A program made the translations under genes and the position numbers. The notes under the pieces were generated by a model, which was given only the letters and a program-made list of their open reading frames with translations, did not search any database and was not told the DNA's origin. A stretch of DNA of 64,000 nucleotides. Source: Utricularia gibba (Eukaryota; Plantae; Magnoliophyta). Below, piece after piece: positions 54,280 to 64,000 of the stretch. The DNA lies in the NCBI GenBank assembly GCA_002189035.1, contig NEEC01000004.1, positions 1,984,001-2,048,000 of the forward strand, written 5' to 3'. Each line of letters opens with the position of its first letter. The stretch's first letter is position 1.

Positions 54280-55960
54280 CATTTTATTTGGTATTCGAGT
54301 GCCACAATGTCAACCTCGTTCATGTTTCTCTCGACATTTATCATGATATAAGTATCATTGAATCTCATCCATCTTCTTGACCTAAATCTTATAAAACCTT
54401 ATCAGTATACTACATTTATAACAAATCCAAGGTCGATTCTCGAATGACCATTTGATTTAATGGCATTTGACACATTTTCCCACATTCCAGAGCATGAGTG
54501 CAAGGAAAATAATAGATCATCCACTTTCCACATGTACATGTTTGAACTTATAAGTCAATAATTTGTCGATTTCTCTTAGCACGTTTCCTGCTTACGATGT
54601 AAACATAACCTACAAGCTGGTCAGAATCCCAATAATACAATTGATAACGACCTGTCTTTTGTTGATGTTTATGAAACCATGAGTTCATCTTATGTATAAA
54701 CATTTATAAAAAAAATTTAAATTAGTAAAAGTAGCATAATAATGTAATTAAAAATAACATAATTTACTTTTTTATTATCATTGAAATGAGTAATCTCTTG
54801 TTGTCTTTTAATGAGCATTGTTTGAGTCCAACAGAAAATAGAATCTACAATGATGTATATGTGATATCTTTATATTTGTTTGAATATGCCATTCATGCAT
54901 TCCACTTGATTCATTGTCAAATATTCATGACGTTGCCATTATCATATGCATTTGCCCATTTATTCATGTTCCAAAATCTCCACACAATTTAACCATTATG
55001 CTGCTGATTGATAAGTCATTATTTACTTCATGTAACCTTGGAATTTCATCAAATTTGGAGTAGAACCAGCCACATATAAACAATCTTTCAGCTTCTTATT
55101 TTTTACCGAATTGTTAAAATTAGATACAAAATGTCTAAGACATCATCGATGATGAAACCTGCTAGTATTGAATGTCTCTTTAGAACTCACGGTACCGTAT
55201 ACTTGCATATCTATCGGAGATAATTGTATTAGCTTGTCGTTTAATAACAAAATAATTCAAATGCTCAATAAATCAAGAATAAAATTCATGATTTTCATCA
55301 TCCACATAGGACATATGCAACAAGTATAATATGTTCACCATCATTGTGACAAACAACAATTAATAATTTATGATCATACCTATATTCTTGAATTAGATTC
55401 AAATAATCTAATGAAATAAAAAGAGACTGCAGAAAAAAAAAGCGTAATTCACGTAAACGCTTCCAAAAATTGTTAAGATGGAGATGGGATGCTTGTAGGA
55501 GATGTTCCCTGGGAGTATGCCAACAAAACATTAGCTTCCCTTTACAATGCTTCTTACAGGTTTCTGAACATGGTGTGTTGCCTGTTTTTCCTCTGAGAAT
55601 GTTCATGACTTCCTGCAACAGACTCAGAATCGTGAACCGGTCGTACGCCATTGGGCTCGGTGAGCTGATGCATTTCAAGGTTAAAATAGTATGTAAGCAA
55701 GAGCCAAAACTAGGATGCTGCGCTGCAGATTTCAGAACCCCACGAGGATACATAATTTGTCACTCTGTTTTTTCCGCTAAGGATTCTCTGTAGTGCAACT
55801 AGACTTGTTTTTGAGTAAGGCATTGTGAATTTGAATGCTGCTTCAACAGATACCGCGAGAATACATATTGGAAACTCATGTTTCAACGCCGGCTTTCGAA
55901 GGAATCGAAAGAAAATGGATTGAGGGCCATTTTCACTGAATCGAATAACGGATGCCAAAG
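54280..55960 (-). mobile_element. Degenerate MuDR/MULE transposase
   Basis: Minus strand shows a decayed N-terminal MuDR-like segment (55710-55958), YDHKLLIVVCHNDGEHIILVAY (MULE domain), WANAYDNG..NQVECMNG and the SWIM finger CTCGKW....PCTHA (about 54490-54540). TIRs not identified. Confidence 0.78.
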
Positions 55961-56089
55961 CCCTAATTCATAATGGGTTTTCCATGAGCCCAATTTGTAC
56001 TATGGGTTTCCGTCGGCCCATTACAAATTTTTTTACATAATATAACGAAATAAATAAATATATATATCGATATTACTCTCCATAATCAT

Positions 56090-56131
56090 CACTTTTCACT
56101 TCTCACTTCTCACTTTTCACTTCTCACTTCT
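56090..56131 (+). repeat. Six 7-bp units CACTT(T/C)T, arranged as 2 x 21 bp
   Basis: CACTTTT CACTTCT CACTTCT occurs twice, ending 9 bp before the ATG at 56140. Confidence 0.9.
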
Positions 56132-56139
56132 GAGTTCTC

Positions 56140-57427
56140 ATGGATTCTCCCGCTCTTTCCTTATGCATGTTGACGTCCGAGACGTTCGAAATGTTTCGAG
56201 GGAGGCTGGATTTTTTCACCTGCGATGATTACGGTGTGCATTTGATCAGGAATCCGGTCTTGACGACTCCTGTGGTTGCAATCAGTAGGCATCGTGTTCC
56301 TCCCTTGGTGATTTTCCCGTTCGGCGTTGTGAATTATTGCGCTAAATCGTGGTTTTTATGTTAACGCAGTAGTCTCCGTTTCGAAGGGAACCAGAAAAGT
56401 CGCTTGCATTTGCCTCCCCGACGGCATGAATTTATACTGCATGTTGAAAGTGGTGAGCTTGGTCGTCAAGATGTATTCCGGGGGGTTGCTGAACAAGCCG
56501 TCCCGAAACCAATGCAAACGGATGGAACGCCCCAATCTAGCAGAGGAGGAGCCCACAACATGTATGTGGGTGAAACCTCAAACAAGCCAAGGATTAGCTG
56601 GGACGCTAAACTCCATGAAATCTTCGTGAATGCGGTCAACAAAATAGGGTTTGAGAGTAAGAAAATATTTCCGTAAAGGGTTTAGGGTTTAAGAATTTTT
56701 TATCGGAAGGATGACACAGTTTTTTGGGTTTTCAGATGCTTCACCCAAGAAAATTCTGGTAGAGATGAACGTGCCCGGACTAACACGAGAACATGTAGCG
56801 AGTCATCTACAGGTACTGCATGTTTTGAGGATGAAAACCCTGATTTTCGATCATCTGCTTTCATTCTTTTTTTAATTGTGTTGTTCTATGATCTCATTTT
56901 CAGAAATATCGGAAGCATATGACTGCAAAAAGGGTGCAGAAAAATAGAATTCTTAGTGGAAACGGTTCCACATTTATTGAGCAGCAACCCAATTCTTCAG
57001 CTCCTCCTCCATGCTCCCAAGTTGAACCGTGTGTTACTACTCCTCCAGCTGAGCAGCAGCATGCAGCACCACGTCTGGCGCAGAATCCTATTATGGATTT
57101 CAACTGTTTGCAGGAAGAACAGCATTCTCAGTCTAATGACAATACATTCGAGGCCATGTATGAGGATCAGATTCTTCCAGACATTAGTATTGCAAGGGAA
57201 TACACACTAGAGGACATTGTTGTTATGGACGGTAATCAGTTTTCCAATTTTCAAGTATACTTTTCATAATCATCAATCACAACTGATATGTATAATTGTT
57301 CGTTGTTTTCACAGAGTCGGGCGAACCATTCCTCACAGAATCAGAAGCTCCTCCCCTCCCACGTAGCACCTCATTAGAGGATGATTATGTGTGTCTAAGC
57401 CCATTATGGGAAAGTGTTGACTTCTAG
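56140..57427 (+). CDS. GARP (SHAQKYF-class) Myb transcription factor resembling type-B ARR; decayed N-terminal region with an in-frame stop; start uncertain
   Basis: KPRISWDAKLHEIFVNAVNKIGFE|NASPKKILVEMNVPGLTREHVASHLQ|KYR across GT-AG introns. Exons end at 56656, then 56736-56812, 56904-57231 and 57315-57427. TAA at 56362-56364 is in frame with the downstream exon. Confidence 0.75.
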
Positions 57428-58514
57428 TTTGATTTCAGAAAAATATCATATTTTTGTATCCATTTGTAAGATATAATAATTCAAGATTTTTAGATGATTA
57501 CAAGAGGGATCGCATAAAAATTTGTATAATTGTTATAATTTGTGTGTTTCTAGTAGAATAGGGTAGCAATACTCTTGGGGAGTTTTCCAATTAATCCTTT
57601 TAAGGAGTAGCATCCAGAAATTTGAAAGAAAATAACATTACTTTCCATTATTCATGTTAATATAAAATAAAATTACATTGATAGTAGAATATTAATTAGA
57701 TCAAATTAAAATAATATTAAAATTATATAATATCAATAATATGTAAACATAGCGTTTTTAACATTTATAATAAAATACTGAAATCATATGATATTTAAAT
57801 AATGATCATCATTTAAAAATAATCGATATAAATATTTGATAATTATTTTTCATATACTCTTATAGTAAATCAATACACAAAATAAAAAAAATAATTATTT
57901 GTTCAAAATCATTATATCCAATGATTTCAAATCATATTCTTTAAACCAAAAATATTTTCTTTTGTATTTGTTTAGAATAATAGACTGCATCCAATAATTT
58001 TCGAACGTCATATAAAATAATAAGTAGTGCCCACATGTTTTAGATGTTGATTTGAATAACAAGCCGAGTCGAGGTGATATGTTACTACTAGATACATATT
58101 ACAAATTATTTCAAAACATGTATAATGCAATAGAGTGATATAGTTTTGATTTACAAAATAAGAGATCGAGAACTGAAGCATTACAGAAAATATTTCCGTG
58201 ATAAATGTATATATTTAAATGGGATATATTCATTTAGTATTTTATTCAAAAATATATTTGAAAAATTATTTTAGATCGATTAGATCATTAAACGATATAT
58301 CAAAGAATACTTTTGGATGAAATAAAATAATTTGAAATCATTTAGTGTAATAGTTTAGAATAAATATTTATGTATTTTTTGGAATTTTTTGAATATTGCA
58401 ATACATGGAGAATAATTATTTAATATTTATATCGATGTTTATTTTGTATATTTAAATTTCATAATTTTGTAATCAATCATAAGCGATATATGTTCTTGAT
58501 CACTGCTTTAATAG

Positions 58515-59300
58515 AGTCAAGTGAGTCATTCCTCTCGAAATCATAAGCTCTTCCCCTACCATGCAACACTAAACTAGAGGATGAATATGTGTGTTTATGG
58601 TCATTATGGGGAAACATTGACTTTGAGGCCATCCATCAAGATCAAAATTCTCCATTATTAGACGTTAGTGTTCCACATCAATATACACTCAAGACTATAG
58701 ATGTTCTTATCAACTGTAAGTAGTCCTCTAATTTCTAAGTATACCTCTCCTGATCATCACTCATAACCCATGTGTGTTCTTGTTGGTTATTGTTACAGAG
58801 TACAGCGATACATTCCTCCCGGACCTAGAAGCACTTCCCCTATCATGCAACACCCTATTAGAGGATAAGTTTGTATGCCTAAGTGCTTTATGGGGAAGTA
58901 CTGACTTCAAGCCCATGCATTAAGATCAGAATTCTACATACAAGATAGTGTGCTAGGTATATATGATCAAAGAATATAGATACTCTAATCAATGGTAAGT
59001 AGTCATCTAATTTCCAAGTATATCTTTTGTGATCATCATTCATAATTCATGTGTATTCTTGTTTATTGCTTTTACACAGTCTAGCAAGCCATTACTCTCG
59101 AAACCAGAAGCTCTTCTTCTACCATGCGGTACCCTATTAACGAATGAGTATTTGTACCTAAACCCATTATGGGGAAGTATTGACTTCTAGTTCGATTTCA
59201 GAAATTTGTTATATTTTTTTTTACATTTTTCGTATACAATAATTCGATATTGTTAGATTGATTGATTACACGAGGGATTGCACAGGGAATTGTATAATTT
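58515..59300 (+). pseudogene. Three tandem exon-intron copies of the GARP gene 3' exon module plus a 3' UTR copy
   Basis: Copies start at 58515, 58799 and about 59078, with motif E..PFL..SEA.PLP..T.LED.YVCL..LWG..DF. The last copy continues TTCTAG..GATTTCAGAAA as at 57422-57440. Stops are present in copies 1 and 2. Confidence 0.8.
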
Positions 59301-59693
59301 TCGTATCAGATTTTTTTAGCATATTTTTGACATATATACATTCATAAAATACTTTAGTTTCCATTTTTTTGTTCAACAAAACCGTATATTTGTTTATTAT
59401 ATTCACATATTATTTTTAATCTATTAGTACAAATTTATTTACTAAAATTAAAAAAAAAGAATTAATGAAAATGTAACATTGTAACATTAATAAAAAATAA
59501 GAATTTCTAATTTACAATAATAATTAAATTATGATTATAAAATAAACTTTTAGTATATGATCAATTGAATCTTTTGTAATTTTAAAAACCAAAGTACATC
59601 ATAATAACATATTGTATACTATTGAAATAAATTGTATTTATGTGATAATATCTCAAAAGTAATTTACACATGACATTAATAATATTATCAATG

Positions 59694-59698
<5 letters not shown>

Positions 59699-59729
<31 letters not shown>
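59699..59729. repeat. (AT)n microsatellite
   Basis: About 15 uninterrupted AT units. Confidence 0.95.
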
Positions 59730-59731
<2 letters not shown>

Positions 59732-59749
59732 GATTTTCGCCATTAACAA

Positions 59750-59875
59750 ATATAAAAGATATAAAATTAATTTAGAAACATAGGAAAAATGAGATAAAAA
59801 TGATGTAAAACTCATCTAAGTGAATAATAAAAAACATAAATATAAGATATAAAATCATTTATCACTAATATCTCA
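59750..59875 (-). mobile_element. LTR terminal fragment related to 53620-53724
   Basis: Shares AAAGATATAAAATT, ATGTAAAACTCATCTAAG and AAATATAAG..AAAATCA(C/T)TTATCA with the end of the solo LTR. Confidence 0.6.
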
Positions 59876-60429
59876 TAATAGCATCGATTCTCGATTCAAC
59901 TCTCGAATCGATGTATGAAGAAAATATGATATTATCAACACTAATATTTCATATTTACACTAACTACTAAGAAACCTGAAGAAACATGGAAAATAAACGA
60001 AGAATGTTACCAAACTCAAATCCAAAATCAAGTTATCTTCTTCATTTTACTATTATCGATCTTGTTTCTTCCCAAACCTTCCTAATAAATTTTCCTCTTG
60101 AAGATGAAGCACCTATTAGAAGAAATTCTTCTTCCCTTTTCCAAATGCCACATATTTATCAAAGCATTGTCATGCTTTCTAATGCAATAGCTTTTCAATG
60201 TGGACTTACAAAATGGGCTTGACATCAACCCATATTACTTTGGGGTTTGGTAATCAATATGGATCTCAGCTCATATTACCAATTCATTCAAGTGATAAAT
60301 ATTTGATTAATTTTAACCAATTTATGATTCAAATTTAAAGATATACTAGAATCTATCAAAAATTTGAATCACCAACATTTCGAAAAATCCCTAATTCTTT
60401 TATGTGTATGACTTATTAGATTCATTTGT

Positions 60430-60790
60430 AATTAGTAATAAGAAACGAGAAATCTTATTTTTCTAATAAAAACTTTATTTGATGATATTTTATTGTTATA
60501 TTTATTAAGATAATATAGACTACCTTGTATCAAATCATATGCAATGAATTCATTCGCAAAATATATCATATATATATTTTTAGCAAAATGAAACTCATAT
60601 CCTATCTTAGTCAAACTAAAAATAGAGATAATGTTCTGATAGGCATCCAGTAAATGCAAAACATCTTTTAACAACAAAACAAAGTCATCAAATGTCACCA
60701 AAACCTGATCCTAAGGACACATCAGAAACACTTGCCCTGTTTCCCATCAATTGCAATGACCCTCGATCAATCTTAGTATGCACATATGTA
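60430..60790 (-). mobile_element. Ty1/Copia pol relic (protease to GAG-pre-integrase region)
   Basis: LLLKDVLHLLDAYQNIISIFSLTKIGYEFHF..GSLYYL matches the decayed Copia motif L.L..VL.VP....NLIS...L...GY.F.F...LY.L. Confidence 0.65.
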
Positions 60791-61952
60791 ACAATATAAG
60801 AATTAACATCGATATCTAATACTTAAGTGAGTGATGAGATATCGACACATTCCATCTATTTTTCACTATTTTTTTCAAGATAAAAATTAAATATTTCTTC
60901 TTCTTAGGTTTCTATTAACATTTGAATTTTTTTAGTGACATCTTCATCATTTATATTATGATGTTAATTTTTTATTTCATTCTACTCTTTCTTACATTTG
61001 AATCATATATAATATATATTGTAAATAACAATTTAAGAGAGTGAGATAGAAGAACGGATAGGAATCTTCGACATTCCAAATTTTTAATATACCATACACA
61101 AAAGCTTATATAATAAGATGTATGGGTAGTGTAGACATGGTGATAAGCTTGAGCAAGGAAGGGGAAGTACTCGGGAGTGGGTAGGTATTAATAAAGAAAA
61201 TGGAGCACCCGCTTGGGTAGATAAATAGGTGAATTAATTATTTCTTGATTAAAATAAATAATAATTAAATATTTTCAAATAAAAAAACATCTAAATTCTT
61301 TTTTTAAAATTTATATATTAAATATCTAATAAATTTAAATAAATTATATTTATATATCAAACATAAATTACTTTTTAAATACTTAAAATATATGTACATA
61401 AAGCTAAATACTTTAAATTTAGATTAACATCCTACACGGCTCTTAACTATTTGTAGACTTTTTTTTTGAAGTTAAATGGTTCGGTAACAAAAGTGCATCG
61501 CTAAACCTTTTTTAAAAGCAGGAGGTGTTCCAAAAAGACACCAATACGCACAGCTGGTAGCGTTGTGTGTCCGAATGTGTGTTGTAAGAAATTGATGACC
61601 ATATCGGATATATGTGGGATTTCGTGGACCTTCTGAAAAACTCACTTCGTATCACCGGAGGGGATTCATTCGCTGCGGCGACACAGCGATTCACTGTATG
61701 TGTTAGTTTCTGTCATTTTCTTTCGCTGCGTTACCCTCTAGGTGCCTGGGAGTCTATCCGTAAGCTCACTCAGTGATGATAAGCGCGGCGGGATGGGATG
61801 TTAATGTATTGTTGGGAATTTGGGTGACTGGAGAGGAATGTTGGATTGAATGCGTTTTTCTTAAGCTTGATTTGTTGTTGGGAATGTGTTGGTTCAGTGA
61901 TGCGCTACGCTAATTTTCTTGTGCTTTTCGAACCATGCAGAGTCTTTGAAGG

Positions 61953-64000
61953 ATGGGTCCTTACTTTGCTGGTTTAATCATTCCGCTCGTGCTTACGGCT
62001 ATTCTTCGTAACAAGAAAAAGGATCAAAAAAGAGGCGTGCCAGTGGATGCTGGTGTGGAGCCAGGATATGCAATTAGAAACTCCAGATTTCCGAAACCAG
62101 TGGAATCGGCGTGGGAAGGTGTCACAACACTAGCTGAACTGTTTGAGCAGTCATGCAAGAAATATTCCAACTTGAGATTTCTGGGAACTCGGGAAATAAT
62201 TGCTAGAGAAGTGGAAGTTGTTGATGGAAGATCATTTGAAAAACTTCATCTTGGAGACTATAAATGGTTGAGTTATGGACAAGCATTTGAGGCCGTGTGT
62301 AACTTTGCCTCTGGTTTAGTCAATCTTGGGCATCAAAGGGGAGAACGAGCAGCAATCTTTGCTGATACGCGTGAAGAATGGTTCATCGCTCTGCAGGTAT
62401 ATTTGGCAGGTTTAGTTCTGAAGTTTGTTTATTATTTTTTAAGTGTAAAGCGATCTCCTCTGAAACCCTGACCTTCATTTTCACCTTTCTTCTCACTCAA
62501 AAGATTGTGCAAATTGAAGATATCTGATATTTTGTAATCAGGGTTGCTTCAGGCGCAACATCACTGTTGTCACCATATACGCATCGCTTGGGGAAGACGC
62601 TCTTTGTCATTCATTTAATGAGGTCATCTTCCTCTATAAGTTTTTCTACTTTTCGATACCCTTTTGCTGTCAGCTAAAGCTGTCCGATGTGTTCTCTAGA
62701 CGGAGGTCACTACAGTGATTTGTGGGTACAAGGAGCTGAAGAAAGTAGCAAATATTTGTGGGCAGCTTGATACTTTGAAGCATGTAATTTGTATGGATGA
62801 TGAGTTTCAGTCTGATTCTTCATTGCTGGCTGGAATAAGCAATTGGACTGTAGTTTCCATGAACAATGTGGAGAAAATGGGACGTGAGAATCCAGTGGAC
62901 CCAGATTTACCTATTGCTGCTGATGTTGCTGTGATAATGTACACAAGTGGCAGCACTGGTATGCCTAAGGTCCGTATACATAAGTTAAAATATGAAATCA
63001 TTTCGCAAACTTCTCTTTTCTTTATTTGGTCAGTTAATGTTTTCAGTAATAATTTTTTTTATTCGATTGTATGACTTTTGGTTTTTTATTCATACAGGGT
63101 GTGATGATGACTCATCTTAATGTTTTATCAACGGCATCAGCTGTAATGACCCTAGTTCCAGGGCTAAGAACTGATGATGTTTACTTGGCATACTTGCCAC
63201 TAGCTCACATTCTTGAGTTGGCAGCAGAGGTATGGAATTAGGGAGGAAAACTAATTATTCTCTAGCTCTAAGATTCTGATCCATGTCTTCTGTGGATCAT
63301 GTTTTGTGATATGTTTTCTTTAACTGCAGAATTTTGCAGTGGGCATAGGATGCTCTATAGGGTATGGTTCTCCATTAACTATAACTGATACTTCAAATAA
63401 GATAAAAAAGGGAACCAAGGGGGATGCTACTGTATTGAGACCAACGCTTCTGGCCGCTGTGCCAGCAATTCTTGATCGGGTTCGAGATGGTGTTCGCAAA
63501 AAGGTTTCTTTTGTTTCCTATGAAATTTTTGAGACTTTCTATTTTCATAACTGGAATGTAATTCATCAATGTTGATACCTCATGTTTATTAAATTTCAGG
63601 TAGATGCCACAGGTGGATTGTCAAAGAAGTTGTTTGATTTGGCTTATAATCGTCGTCTCTCAGCAATAAATGGCAGTTGGTTTGGATCATGGGGATTAGA
63701 GAAGCTATTTTGGAACTTCTTGGTGTTCAGAAAAATTCAAGCAATTTTGGGTAGTCGTATCCGTTTGATTCTGTCAGGAGGTGCTCCTCTATCTGGCGAT
63801 AGTCAAAGATTTATTAACATCTGTTTCAGGTTTGTGTGCCCTTTAATCTAGCATTGATGGGAATATCTTATGGTCTGTTGAATCAGAACACGTCTGTTCA
63901 CATAGATAGAGATTCCCAGTTCATGTTTCTACTTTTTTCTGATTGCAACTGACCTGCCTTATTTTTTTCAACTACTCATGTACTCTTCTCAGTGCCCCAA
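61953..64000 (+). CDS. LACS9: Long-chain acyl-CoA synthetase, LACS9-like, 5' part only
   Basis: [48 protein letters not shown]-binding [29 protein letters not shown] and LSGGAPLS over many GT-AG exons; continues beyond the window. Separation from LACS8 rests on the short N-terminus. Confidence 0.88.

Noticed and set aside
56677-56689. GGGTTTAGGGTTT telomere-like motif
   Set aside because: Under two units; at most an intronic telo-box, not an interstitial telomere array.
1338-64000. Biosynthetic gene cluster around the aldehyde-synthase candidate
   Set aside because: No reductase, UGT, P450, methyltransferase or norcoclaurine-synthase-like gene is in the window; the neighbours are functionally unrelated.

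Overview
AT-rich flowering-plant nuclear DNA; the species cannot be determined from the sequence. Host genes, left to right: DEG5 chloroplast protease (+); an intronless tyrosine-decarboxylase-family gene (+); a DUF630/DUF632 gene (-); a C-terminal J-domain gene (-); plastid RPL21 (-); a FEX/CrcB fluoride exporter (+); a DREB26/ERF012-type AP2/ERF (-); a GARP/type-B-ARR-derived Myb gene with a decayed receiver region (+); and the 5' part of LACS9 (+), which runs off the window. Intergenic space holds four solo LTRs with target-site duplications, Copia, Gypsy and MuDR relics, a hAT MITE, and an 8.4-kb PIF/Harbinger element with both ends intact. Nested inside that element are an Athila-type LTR/gag fragment, a spliced HAD/NIF phosphatase gene and a fold-back repeat. 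Main leads: (1) the decarboxylase carries the catalytic-loop Tyr->Phe change that marks aromatic acetaldehyde synthases; (2) a four-exon phosphatase gene sits inside nested transposons; (3) the GARP 3' exon is repeated in tandem downstream; (4) several 1-nt deletions in conserved genes may be assembly errors. All alignments and counts were done by eye.
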